NCBI RefSeq assembly: GCF_006345805.1
Contig: NC_042997.1
Coordinates: 52,452,001 to 52,516,000 of the forward strand
DNA: 64,000 nt
DNA from: Octopus sinensis
Lineage: Eukaryota
Reading direction: 5' to 3'
Under the pieces are notes generated by a model. The model worked only from the letters and a program-made list of their open reading frames with translations, did not search any database and was not told where the DNA came from. A program made the position numbers and the translations under genes. This document shows, one piece after another, positions 26,364 through 39,992 of the stretch (position 1 is its first letter; each line of letters starts with the position of its first letter).

Positions 26364-27554
26364 CACAGACTCACACAAGCTAATGAGGGTTCCTCTTTAT
26401 GAGTCACTTGACTCACTTGCAGCCAAAATCTCTTCTCAAACCACATTTTACCATGTTAAACAATGTTCACACTGACCAAATATGCTGGCAAAAAGAGATA
26501 GTGTGGTCACATCTGAAATGCTATAACCATCCTGTCTGTTCTCCAGAATACATAATCCAGATGATCATAGATTTTGCTCAAGACTAACCTAAACAACACA
26601 TACAATATGCTCATGCACATTTGCACACACACACACTCTCTCTCTCTCTCTCTCTCTCCCCCCCCCCCTTTGGTCATTCCTTAAAATATGCAGATCAAAA
26701 ATTTCTTCAAGTCAAGCATTACAGGCAAGCCTCTTCCCTTTATTTTAATAGATGTTAGCTCCAATATACAGTAAAATATTTTTCTTGTACACTTCAAAGA
26801 TTGAGTTACTCTGTGACTGAGAAAAGCTAGCAGAAATATAATTGAAATATTAACACCTTACCATTCATTAAAGCTATTTATTTAAGCAAGAAGATTCTTG
26901 TTTGTTGGGAGGAAAAATTAATAATATCACAGAAAGACATTCTTTCTTCTTAAAGAAGTTTTTTATCAGATCATCATTTATTTGTTTCATGTGTCTAACG
27001 GATAATTTAATTGTAAGAGACAGATATTGTGTGTCACTCTCAGAAGTTTTGTGGTTAAGTGATTAAAATAATTATTGCTGAAATAATGAATATCATTTTT
27101 TTAAACAAAAGTTTTATTACAAGTACTGCTATTTATTCCAGTCTAGCTTGTTAAAATAATGATCACACTTTTGCTCTTAAAGTTAAAGAAGTTGATTTTA
27201 ACAGAGGATCTACAAACAAATAGGTAAAATAGAAATTTTGATCTCTTATATGAAAGCAACAGTTTTTATAAGTATTTTTGTTGTTGTTTAACAGCACATT
27301 GACTTTGATTGAACATCTCTATGATCAAAAGCATTCTAGCTATGCCTTTTTTGTTATTTTTTTTATTTTTGCTTGCAAGTTTTTTTTTTTTTTTTTTTCC
27401 AGCACTGTTCCAATTCTGCATTATGCAATCTTTCTTTAAGATGGTGTGGTATGATTTTAAAAAACTTTGACTACCATTTCTAACAGGTCAAAGTGACCAC
27501 ATAGAAGCTCCTTCCCAGGGATCTTTAATTTTTTTTTTATTGGCCACTGTCCAA

Positions 27555-27910
27555 TGATTGTGGTTTTAGTTAAACAAATCAACCCCAGTATTTAATTTTT
27601 TAAGTTTGTTACTTTTGTACTTATTCTATGAGCCTCTTTTGCTGAACCACTAAGTTAAATATATACAAACAAACTTGCACCAGTTGTCAGAGGGGAGGGG
27701 CAGGCACACACACACACACACACGCACAAACACAAACACGTATATATATGATGGGCTTCAACACAATTTCCATCAGCCAAATTCATGCACAAGGCATTGG
27801 TCAGTCTGGGACTGTAATGAAAGACACTTGCTCAAGGTGACAAGTAGTGAGAATGAACCTGAAACCACTTGGTTGAAAAGCAAGCTTCTTATGAACACAG
27901 CCATGCCTAG
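27555..27910 (-). mobile_element. Decayed SINE family 1
   Basis: Reverse complement of the family 1 head, CORE-like body and tail, with many substitutions. Confidence 0.75.
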
Positions 27911-29652
27911 TTTATAAGGTTTAAAAATAAAATCACGTCATTGTCAAGATATCTAACTTTTAGCTGGCTCAATATGTCTGGTTGTAAATACATAGTATAT
28001 GCTAGTATACCTTACAGCTGTAAGCAATACTGGGTTGAATTTTTCCTATGAGTCTAATCCATGATAGGTACGACTTACATCACCAACATAACTAAGTGGA
28101 CTCAGTATATCAGTGAATGAATAGTTTTACAGTTCAGTTGTTAGAGACAGTATTATTAAGGATTGTTGAACCTGGCTTTAAAATTTCCCTCTATGAGACC
28201 CACATATTTCTTTGTGAAACTATGTATTTAGTGGTTGTAGAGTCTAAGGTGGCTTCATAAATGATGACCTCGGTCATACAAGCTCCATTTGTGCCCGCTA
28301 AAAAAGTGCCTGCGTGTTGAGATGTATATATGACCATAGTGATGCATGCATAGGTATATATGCATATGTGCATGTATGCGTAAACATATATGTGTGTGTG
28401 TTTATATGTATATGTACACACGTGTGTGAGTATGTATATAGATATATACATACATGTGTGTGTGTATATGTGTACATATGTAGATTCTATGAATGAAGTA
28501 TTATGTTCACCATGTCTATTGGAGTAATTTCCCTTTATTCAACATTTTTTTTTCATAGTGTTTTGTCTTAATAACCGATGAGATGGAGATGCCGGAGCAG
28601 ACTTCAGCCCTGGTATCCAAAACTTTGAGTTTTATTATGACAACCAACTAATTGTCACATATTATATTATTATATATATATATATATATATTCGTGAAAA
28701 TATAAAAACTCGTGTTGTTCAGCAAGTATATTTTTAAAAGTTCTGTTTGATCTAAAGGAAGTGAGGCACTTTTCTACGTTCTTTTATCCTTTACTTCTAT
28801 CTTTCTTTTATATTTTCTGACAGCCTCTCACAGATGACAGATCTATTGGCTCCTGTTGCTTTTCAGGTCAATTTGTTAACAGGGTGACATTTAGGTATGA
28901 ACCAACCAGTTTGGGCATTCGGAAGAGTTGTAGTAGGTAGCGTCCTACTTGCAAATTAATATCTATAGAATAAACACCTGTATCAACACACACATATTTA
29001 CACCTGGCTGTGAATTGTCTCTAAGTCCATCGCATTCTTCAATGTCTCTACAACGCGCTCAACCAGAAAACTAGATTTCATTTCGAATCTTTTTATCTTT
29101 TTTTTTTTTGTGTGTGTGTGTATATGTATGTATACCATTTCTTTTTCAACTGCTGGATTTAAATAAATCGTGCGCCTGCATGCATACCTATGTGCGAATG
29201 GAGAGAGAGAGAGAGATAGAGTGGGAGTGAAGAGGGGAAGGTGAGAAAATGAAGGAGATTGTGTAACTGTAGATATGTGAAAGATCAGTTGGCACTAGTG
29301 GCTTTTCTCTATTGTAATATAAAATATCTACCCCATTATTCACAGTTATTTAGCTATTACCTAATAGTGCATAGTGTGCTGTTAGCCTTATGAAATGTTG
29401 GCCAGGTGTTTCTTCTGTTTCATAAAGCTTGCACATACATGCATCACTGTGTATATTTTCACATTTACATACTTCCTTGTACACTTACTCATGCACACAA
29501 CTATATACTTACGCATTTACACATATCTATATACATACACACATACACAATGATACATGTTCTCACAATGTATGTACACACACACACGCAATCATGTATG
29601 CTCCACATTTATGTACATTTATATAAACATATACACATAGAACAACATACTT

Positions 29653-30066
29653 ATTTCTTTATTACCCACAAGGGGCTAAACACAGAGGGGACAAACAAGG
29701 ACAGACATAAGTATTAAGTCAATTACATCAACCCCAGTGCGTAACTGGTACTTAATTTATCGACCCCAAAAGGATGAAAGGCAAAGTCGACCTCGGCGGA
29801 ATTTGAACTCACAACGTAACGCAGACGAAATACCTATTTCTTTACTACCCACAAGGGGCTAAACACAGAGAGGACAAACAAGGACAGACAAATGGATTAA
29901 ATCAATAATATCGACCCCAGTGTGTAACTGGTACTTATTTAATCGACCCCGAAAGGATGAAAGGCAAAGTCGACCTCGGCGGAATTTGAACTTACAACGT
30001 AACGCAGACGAAATACCGCTAAGCATTTCGCCCGGCGTGTTAATGTTTCTGCCAACTCGCCGCCTT
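29653..30066 (-). mobile_element. Head-to-tail dimer of SINE family 2 within one TSD
   Basis: Units 29653-29834 and 29835-30066; 16-bp TSD atagaacaacatactt at 29637-29652 and 30069-30084. Confidence 0.9.
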
Positions 30067-31049
30067 AAATAGAACAACATACTTCCACATTTACATAGAT
30101 AACCACCCATATAGATTTTCACAGTCGCATATAACATACACATAATCGCATACACTTGCACATGGACACTTATCACACATACATATATATTGATTCTTTC
30201 AATAATTTGTTTCTTTCATTTTCTATTTCCTCTTTATTTATTTAATTTCCCTCTTTTTTTTCTTTATAATTTTTCTTCATTCCCACCTCTTCTGCTCTCT
30301 TCAGTCTTCTTGTAACTTCTATTCTCTCTTAAATACATATTACACAATCTCTCTTTGCCTGTCTGTTGTCATTGTTGCACTATGCCTCTTTCTCACACAC
30401 ACATACACACAAATTTATCTCTGCTCATTCTACATCTCATTTATACTCTCCTTTTTTTTATTTTCACTGATACTGATCTATTGACCAGTTCTGAGTGGTA
30501 AAACCTTGCAAACTTTACAGTTGATTCTTTTGAAAGTTGGGCTTTTGCTAGCATCTTGACTGCTGTTACTGTTTGAAGAAACACACATGATTATTAGCTG
30601 ACTATTTTACAAAAGAGAATGAGCCTATTATCTCTAAATCTAAAACCTTGAGTTATATAAGAAGTTTATTTTCACTTCATTAATAAGACAAACTATCATA
30701 TTTTAATTTCAATTAGTAAATAATGTTACATATAAAACCATAATGTGTGTGGTACAATTTCTGGTTTTATTTTTCAAATTTAAAAAAGAGCTGGTGTCCA
30801 ACCCAGAGACAAGAGTCTTTAATTGGAATTTACACAGCATCAATTAGTTGGTTGTATATGTGTGTTTATGTAAATATTTGTATGTATATAAAATAAACAG
30901 TAGGATCAGAGAAAAACTAGTGATGGCCTACTTTGGCAGTGTGAATTGCCGAACAGATCTCTCATCCTTATGGAAAACCAATTTGTTCTACTTTTAAACT
31001 ATGTAATATATACACACACACATACATCATCATCATTATCATTATCATT

Positions 31050-31960
31050 TAATATCCAATGGCATTTGACAGGATATCACACTCAGTGTCATTAAGAAAA
31101 CCAGATATAGGCAAGTGGCTCATGGTGGCCATGCAATCTATGTATAAAGATGTAGTAAGTAAAATAAGAATGAACAATGATTTCAGTGACAAATTTAGTA
31201 TCAAGATAATAGTCCATCAACATTCGGTCCCCAGTCACCTCCTATTCATCATAGTCCTGCAGGCCATCACAAAACGAGTTTAAAACTGGTTGTCTATGTA
31301 AACTCCTATATGCTGGTGATCTAGTTCTCATAGATGAATTTTTAGTTGAATTAGGAAAATATAGGCATGGAAGCTATACCTGGAATTGAGAGGTTTCAAG
31401 GAATAATTTAAACAAACACTGGAAATGGATTTTCTTAAATTCTTGGATGGCTCAATAGAAATTGTTAGCTTTTGTTACGTAGATTTAATTAGCAGAGAAG
31501 GTGTTTGTTCTGAAAATATAATAACCAGGGTAAGAACAGGTTGGAAAAAGTTCAGTGAGCTTCTGCTGCTGTTGTTGTTGTTGTTGTTAAGCAACATGAT
31601 GGGTAAGGGTGATTAGGTGATGGTCTAGGGCTTAGGGGTGGGAGACCTCAGACCTTGGGAAAAAAAAACTTTGGTTGTCTTGTTGTAGTCAAGGGCTCTT
31701 CATTGACACCTGACACCACTGGGAGGTGGCCCACAAAGTCGCTGGAAATGGAGATCTCCAGGTCCAAATTCTTGAACGGCTGCTACTGCTGCTGACCCCA
31801 AAGGTCTTTTCCCTCAGAGAGCTGGGCAGATTATATGATGTTTGTGTTGGAACTACAATGTTGCATGACAGTGATTCATGAGCCTTGATTGCAGAGGTTT
31901 TGAGAAGACTGGAAAGAAATGAAGTGAGCATACTCCATCAGATTTTTGTTATTGGAGATT
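31050..31960 (+). mobile_element. Decayed RTE/RTE-X LINE reverse transcriptase fragment with a nested insertion
   Basis: AFDRISH..., HQHSVPSHLLFIIVLQAIT, LLYAGDLVL, RVRTGWKKFSELL, then after an insert (about 31575-31790) FSLRELGRLYDVCVGTTMLHDSDS*ALIAEVLRRLERNE. Contains stops and frameshifts. Confidence 0.85.
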
Positions 31961-34900
31961 TTTGCAGGGTAGCTTTAAGCCATGGTTATGAATGAACACT
32001 AGAATAGAAATGTACTTGCAATGATTTACCCTACATACATGGGGTCAGTGTGATTATTATCTACTTTTATATTTGCGTTCTCATTTTATTTAAATATGTG
32101 GTTGCTTGGAAAAATTAAACCAACTTTTTCTCTTCAGGAACCAACCAGCATTTGCAGCCAAAATCTGGGTCATCTTAACAGGCAAAACAATGTATAGGGG
32201 TCCTTATATACACAACCGCAACACATATTGATTAACATTGGGCTCCTAGACACATGGGACTTGGGGGCAATTGCCCAGTGTTTCAGTGATTTAAGATACC
32301 ATTTAAAAAAGTGAAGAATGCATTGAGCAATGTAGCTTCTGAGATACAAATGTGATAGGATGGTTGCTGGTGGAACACCATTGGTCAGGGATCTGCTAAA
32401 TTAAAGTTCAGTTGGGGCTGAACAACAGCAACAGCTTTCTCTTTGCAATTTAAAACTCTGTTGAATCTAACTTGCTGTCATCTGAAATCAGTTAGCTCTG
32501 TGTTTTTCATAGGTATGGGGTGTTATATAAGAACTGAAATGATGTTGGACAAACTGCCATATTTAGTAAAATTTAGATTTTAAACTTATCCAACACCATG
32601 GAAAAGAAAGAAGAATGGATATGGATGGTAACTCTATTCTATCTTCTCATTATAAAGAAGGGGAGGATGAAAATTTTCACTAATATTTTTGGCAGGTGGG
32701 GAGCAGCTGGAATTTGTCAGTTTGAGAACCACTGATTTAGATAGATACCAATGTTACAGTGGCACTGATTTTATTAATTATACCTAATCCTTTCCAAAAT
32801 ATAATATTGTTCCTAATGAGAGAAAAAAAAAATCTCCTTACAGGAAAATTTCTGCCCTGTCTTTTATAGTGATAATTTTTCTTAGACAGAATCATCTCTA
32901 ACCTAAATTGATAACTTTTACATATTTTGTTGCTTTCTAGGTTCCCTTATACTTGTCAACTTATCACACATTTAATTTCATTTTTCTGATACATAATTTT
33001 TTTATTTATTTCATAGATGGAGACAGTAAGGAACCCAGTCAACAAATGGAGCTTTTCCATAAGGTATAATATATTTTATCTCCTGCCTTTTAATTTAGCA
33101 TCATCATTGTCACCGTCCTTTAACATCATTTTCCATGCTGCCATGGATTGGATGGTTTGATGGGAACTGGCAAGCTGGAGAGCTGCACCAGGCTCCAATT
33201 GTCTGTTTGGCATGGTTTCTATGGCTGGATGCCCCTCCTAATGTCAAGTGCTTTTTGTGTGGCATCTGCACATAAATTTTGCTAATTGTATCAAAAACAG
33301 ATATTAGAAGAAATAAATTATCTAGTTAATGGTCAAGTTGTTAAAATGTTTAATTGTAAATCTAATAGATTTTGTGTCCATTTGTTGGGTTTTTTTTAAT
33401 CCTGTCTCAGTAATCTGTCAAGGCAATTCATGTCAGTGAAGCCAATGTTGATATAATAACAATGATTATATTGTAATTATCAAACATAAACCTGAGTATT
33501 ATGGAGACATCTGATGATGAAGCTTTCTCTAAAAGTAATAGCATGATAATGACAGTGTAGTTGAAAAATAAAACAAGGATACATATTCCATGTATCCCAT
33601 ACAATGATGAGAACAATAATCTATACTGGCAAAAAGCTTCATGTTTTTAGAGAAGGGATATTGTTCATCAAATTAACCTGAGCACATGATTGGTGCTTTC
33701 TCCCAGAATTTGTGTTCTTGTTGTTTGTGGTATTGTTGGTGGTGGTGGTGGTTTCTACTTTGGACACAAGACCAGCAATTTTTGCAAGGAAGGTATTAGT
33801 TGATAACATTGACTCTAGCCAGTACTTGACTGCTTACTCCATTTAAATGCTTTTATTTATTTGTATTCATATTTCATTTTGTATATTTCTGTATCAGGTA
33901 ACCATTTTTGGAAAATTATGATAAGATCAAGCTGTATGTATATGATCTAGGAATATAAAATTGATTTTAATTTTTGAATCTCTTACAGTTTCATCAGATC
34001 ACTGCTTTCATTCCATCTGCAACTTGTCTATTCACCTTCTTTTGGCATATTTCTAATCGGCCGCCTGAATAATTACTATACCAGCTAAGGGTCTGGTGTG
34101 TTTTATGTACCGTAAGTTGACTGAGCCAGTCACATATGGCAACCATTGTTGATACGATGCCAATCACTTGGGAATATCAAAGTAAAAAACATCAGTGTCT
34201 ATTTTACCAAACCTGTGCTCTTTCACATTGTTGATTAAGCATTTTTTGTTTTAATAAAAAAATCATTTAAATAGAGATTTTGATTGATTTGTTATATTTT
34301 ATTATTTGCATTTATTTTTCTTATAATTAATATAATGTATAAGAGTGGTGTGTACACATGCACACACACACACACATACACATTGTTTTGTGCTTTTCAT
34401 GAGCTTTTTTTTTTTAGCTTTTTTCTCTTTGAACTTAAAAAGGATGAATTATATAAATATAATATACTAAACAAAATTTAGTAATTAAAATAAAAGAATG
34501 ATTAATTAAATTGCTGCTGGGATGATTTTTCATTTCCCGCCAATATTTATTGTTTTTAACACAGCATATCAACATTATTTCTGAACAACTATCACAGTAA
34601 CTGGCCTATCAGCCATGTATATACATTAAATAATGATAATATAGATGGTTATTTTAATTAAATAATGCCTCAATTACATCTAGTGGACTTTTATTAAGTT
34701 GGTGGCTATTCACAACATCCAGTGAGACTTTAATTTACTGTTTACTATATCAGAGGTAATGAATTTTCATACAGCCGTGTGGCTGGCTCTGAGTACACAT
34801 CATTGGAAAGAGCTAGATATTCTCACTGGCCACTGCTGGACCAATTTTCCTTTCCTTCTGATGTTTATTGTGTTTTTAACACAACTTATTCATAAGAAAT

Positions 34901-35014
34901 ATTATTTCAGGATAAATACTGCAGTAACAGGCCTATCAACAGTGTTTCTACAATAAGTATGATATATAGTTGGCTATTTTTATTTTAATATTGCTTTAAT
35001 TGGACCACTGAACA

Positions 35015-35190
35015 CAGCACATTTTTTTTCATTCTCTCTCTATTTATTTCCTCTTATACCTTTCTGTCAAAGAGCATAGGCTCGAAACATTAAAACATTT
35101 TCCATTTTTCCTGAGCGTCAACCTAATACACTTGCTTGTTGTTCCTACATTTGTCTTCGTCTTTGTTTTTCTATAAATTTGAACTATGGA
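35015..35190 (+). mobile_element. PLE-like terminal fragment, family B, with broken hammerhead
   Basis: cttt-CTGTCAA-A-gagc atag gctc-GAAAC-AT-T-aaaa at 35060-35095, followed by the same tail as 2690-2788. Confidence 0.6.
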
Positions 35191-35810
35191 AGGAACCTGT
35201 AGAAGAGGTAGACCCAGAAAAACATGGGATGAGGTGTTGAAGCATGACCTTTGAACGGTGGGCCTCACAGAGGCAATGACAGGAGACTGACTGACACCTT
35301 TGGAGATATGCTGTGATTGAGAAGACCCAGCAACTAAAGTGAGATCGCAGCCATGGCCAATGCCAGTGTTGCATGTCCGGCCCATTTAAGAGTACCTTTG
35401 ATGTGTCAGGTAATATGATATGCTTGAGAAGACCTGTTGAGTCAAGTAAAACCAAAATCGTAGCCGTAGCCAGTGCCCCCTGACTGGCTCCCATGTCAGT
35501 GGCACATAAAAGGCACCATCCAAACGTAGGCAATGCCAATGCCACCTAACTGGCTCTCATGCTGGTGGCATGTAAAAAACACTGTCTCCGAATGTGATCG
35601 ATGACAGGCCTGCCTAACTGGCTCCTGTGCCAATGGCCCATAAAAAAGCACCCACTACACTCTCGGAGTGGTTGGCATTAGGAAGGGCATCCAGCTGTAG
35701 AAACCTTGCCAGATCAGATTGAAGCCTGGTGCAGCCACTGGCTTTCCAGACCTCAGTCAAACCATCCAGCATGGAAAACAGCCGTTAGAAGGTGATGGTG
35801 ATGATATATG
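35190..35810 (+). mobile_element. RTE-linked retroposon 3' region with tandem subrepeats
   Basis: Long 3' segment ending gatggtgatgat; three actggctc..tggca..taaaa.gcac units. Confidence 0.8.
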
Positions 35811-36019
35811 GCTTTGTAAGCCTACTGCTTCTTTATCTCCCCCCACCAGCTGCTTGTCACTTTTATCCTTCTACTCATCACTATGCAAGTGGATATGTGT
35901 GTGTGTATAAGCATGTATAATGTATTTGCATCCATTGACTATGTAACTTTTGTCATCTTTACCATCCCCCTACCACTATTTGTCACTTGCGCTGTTTCCC
36001 TTCCAACTTTAACTTCTTA

Positions 36020-36093
<74 letters not shown>

Positions 36094-36383
36094 CTGTCTA
36101 CAAAATGTAAAATGTAACTAGAGAAATCAACCAATCAATCATAATTTATACAACCGTTTTATATATGTATGAGTGTTTGAATGGTTTACACTGATGAGAA
36201 GCAAGCTTTTAAACAGACCAAATTTATTATGAGGGTTAGTGCTTTAAGAAAATAACTACTGAAATCCAAAGCTTCATTTTTCTCAGCATGCTTAATTATC
36301 AGAGACGAAAATGTAATCAAAAATCTGTTGTAAGAAAATTTACACTAATAAGTCTTTTAACCTTGTATTTTATAAGAAATTTC

Positions 36384-36795
36384 CGATCTTTTCGGTTTGA
36401 ACGGCAGTTTTTAACATAATTTCTAGGTAACTAAAAAATTTTAAACTTCGTATACTGGTAGAATGTGTTTATAAAGCATCTTTTTCTCTTGGCTTTATTG
36501 AGAAAATTTTATAGTTTGTAAGATATTTGTTGTATTTTTTCTTCAATTTCTGCAATTTCAACCAATCACTGACGTCTATTGAGGTAAAAAAACATACTGT
36601 GCCGTATGAATATGTCCCTCGTTTAAGAAACAGATTGGGTTTATTTACATTTGTGAAGAAAAAAAATTACCCTTCCCCCCACCCCTAACCCTAAAACAGA
36701 TTGAAATGCAATAGATCGATACTAGGGTCATAATTATGAGTGACAATTTCATATGACACCGCTAGAAAAAACTGCCGTTCAAATCGAAAAGATCC
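36384..36795. mobile_element. MITE with (G)GATC termini and 8-bp TSD (Merlin-like, inferred)
   Basis: Perfect TSD gaaatttc at 36376-36383 and 36796-36803; TIR cgatcttttcggtttgaacggcag / ctgccgttcaaatcgaaaagatcc. Confidence 0.88.
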
Positions 36796-38119
36796 GAAAT
36801 TTCATATCTAAATGAACGTTATGAAAATTGGTTGTCTTTTATAGAAATTTACAGTTTAATACACAAAACATTATTGCCTGTTAGAATGTGATCAAGTGGT
36901 ATCTTGTTGCTATCAGACAATATATCAATATTCTCTAGGAGTGTTGTCTTCCCTAATTATATAGTATTATATAAGATAGATCGGGTTGTTGGTTGTTTCC
37001 TGAGCACTTCTCTGGTAGGTGAAAGAAATAATTATGTTCATTAGGTGATTAGTGCCTTCAGTTCTGTGATTGTGTATTTGAAATGGTTTGATACTTTGCT
37101 TTAGTAGCATGACTAAATGTGACCTTTCTGAGCCAGGGTTTGGAAAAGAAAGTTTGTACTTCCTAATATATCTTCTTACATCAGGTTTTAAAACTGAAAC
37201 CTGATGCTGTAATTTTCAGTGAATCTACAGGAACCATTATTCGACATTTTCTGCAGCCATATATATGTTCTGGACAAGAAAATTGAGATAGCAAAATAGT
37301 GGAATGTTTTCAGCTATTTTCACATGCTTTATTGAGAATTATTCAACAGCAAATGATAAACAACTATCCCAGGAATAATAAAATGCCAGATTTGTAGATA
37401 TGCTTTCTTGTTGAGACTTTTTACCACACCTGTTCCATCAGGAAGAGTAGAAGAGCCTAAGAATTTATATTAAAGGCTATAGAAAAGAAAAAAAGAAAAT
37501 ACACTCTGAAGAATGTGTGTTGATGAAAGATATAACTGAACAGGCGAATATGAGGGAGAAAGAGGGAGAGATCGTCTTAAAGAAAAGAGCAACTATAAAA
37601 TGTTTCTAGAAAATTTTGATAATTTAGCAGACCAGGTATGGAATTTTTGGAAGGGGCTGCTATATTAGAAAATTAAATCATAAAATGGTGATCTTGTGCA
37701 TTTGAATTACAAGATTCAATTTTTGCATTTGTTGTCATTGTTGTACTTTTTTTCCTTTTTTAACTGTAGAATTCATAAGCTAGATTTTAAACATAAAGAA
37801 TGAGTCTTTACCATTATCTATAAGAGTATATTTCTGTTACAAATACATCATCATCATTTAATGTTCATTTTCCATGCTGGCATGAGTTGGACAATTTGAC
37901 AGGAGTTGGCATGCCAAAGGTCTGTGCCAAGCTCCAGCTAGATGCCCTTCCTAACACTAATCACTTTCCAGAGTGTACTGGGTGCTTTTAACATGGCACA
38001 GACACCAGTGAGGTGCCAAACTACGTGCAGGACAAGATCCTTCAACTGAAGGATATAGTATTGAGAAAGGTGGCTTTATGCCAAGTGATAAAAGGCTAAA
38101 GCTTCATATATATATATAT

Positions 38120-38430
38120 GAAAAGGCACCATTCGAGCGTGATCATTACCAGCGTCGCCTTACTGGCACCTGTGCCGGTGGGTTGTGTAAAAAGATTCAA
38201 GCGAGGTCGTTGCCAGTACTGCCTGACTGGCCCCCATGCCGGTGGCACGTAAAAGCACCCACTACACTCTTGGAGTGGTTGGCGTTAGGAAGGGCATCCA
38301 GCTGTAGAAACTCTGCCAGATCAAGATTGGAACCTGGTGCAGCCATCTGATTCGCCAGCCCTCAGTCAAAATCGTCCAACCCATGCTAGTATGGAAAGCA
38401 GACGTTAAACGATGATGATGATGATGATGA

Positions 38431-38432
<2 letters not shown>
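38120..38432 (+). mobile_element. Young RTE-linked retroposon 3' module
   Basis: CpG-retaining copy ending in (GAT)n next to (TA)n. Confidence 0.85.
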
Positions 38433-38467
<35 letters not shown>

Positions 38468-39419
38468 TTGAGAGAGAGAGTAATTTTGTTAGGAATCAAA
38501 ATCCAACTGAATCTCAACTTTCTCAATAATACAAAAAATACTGACAGAAACAGAATTTCATGCCAGAACTGTTTAACTCTTTTGATACAGACAGATCTTC
38601 TTGATTTTGACCATGGTTTTACGGCACAAATGTCTTGTTTTAAACTGATCTAAATTTTTAAAATTTTCATCGAAAGTTCATGCTAATTTATACCCCAAAC
38701 TTCAGCTTGATAATTACAAAGTTACTTCACTAAATTCTTCATTATTGTAAAAATAGATTGAAGCAAAGGTAGCGTATTTCAACAGAAATATGGTAGCAAA
38801 CGTGTTAAAGAAATGCTAACTTGAGAAAATTGTGTCAATGCAATTGTGTTATGGTTATGTGCAACATAAAGATCTGCTTTAATTGAAGTGATGGTATCAT
38901 AGCAAGTCAAGGTCGCTGCTTAACATTTTCAAAAGAAATCAGTACTCTTGGTTATTCCAGTTAAGACAGAAGAAATGATTTAGGTTAAACGTTTCTGTAA
39001 TAATTGTCTGCTGTAAGTCATGGGTCCTTTCACAAAATGTGTAACAAACTGGTAGGTGGGTGTTACTTATCTTGGTTTTTGTAGCATTAAACAGATAAGT
39101 GTCAAATTCAGATAGGATGTTAGATTATTTCAGGTAGCACTCCTAGAACTGTGGTGCCTAATGTCAAGTTTAATAAACTGAAGCAAACAGAATTTAGTGT
39201 TATATGCAAATGCATAGCATTGCTAGCTATAGAATATAAACTTATGATAGTGTTCTAATACCTTCGCTACTAGTCTCTTTTTACTCTTTGTATTTATATA
39301 ACTAGTTAACCTCCAGAGAAATAGACCTTTGTAAGTATTAATGGTTAATATTCAAATGTTATAGATCATAATGATAGTTCTTGCTCATAACTTGAGTATC
39401 ACTTTATATGTATGTTATC

Positions 39420-39957
39420 TCTTTTACTCTTTTACTTGTTTCAGTCATTTTGACTGTGGCCATGCTGGAGCACCGCCTTTAGTCGATCAAATCGACCCCG
39501 GGACTTATTCTTTGTAAGCTTAGTACTTATTCTATCGGTCTCCTTTGCCGAACCGCTAAGTGACGGGGACGTAAACACACTAGCATCGGTTGTCAAGCAA
39601 TGCTAGGGGGACAAACACAGACACACAAACACACACACACATACACACATACGTATATATATATATATATATAAAGTACCCCGGACCTCGTTGCCCATGT
39701 GCCGCTGACACGTTAAAATGCTCGAACCGATCGTGACGATGCCGGACCCTCCGGCCCCTGTGCAGGTGGCACGTAAAAAGCACCCAATCCACTCACGGAG
39801 TGGTTGGCGTTAGGAAGGGCATCCAGCCGTAGAAACTCTGCCAGATTCAGACTGGAGCCTGGTGCGGCCCCTGGCTTCCCAGACCCGGTCAAACCGTCCA
39901 ACCCGTGCTAGCGCGGAAAGCGGACGTTAAACGATGATGATGATGATGATGATGATG

Positions 39958-39992
<35 letters not shown>

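Noticed and set aside
35480-35660. Spaced short repeats superficially like a CRISPR array
   Set aside because: Eukaryotic context; these are the degenerate subrepeats of the retroposon 3' module, also seen at 17.7 kb.
37220-37700. Purine-rich, protein-like stretch (GYRKEKKK...)
   Set aside because: Stops in all frames; possibly an old LINE linker region, but no diagnostic motif could be confirmed.
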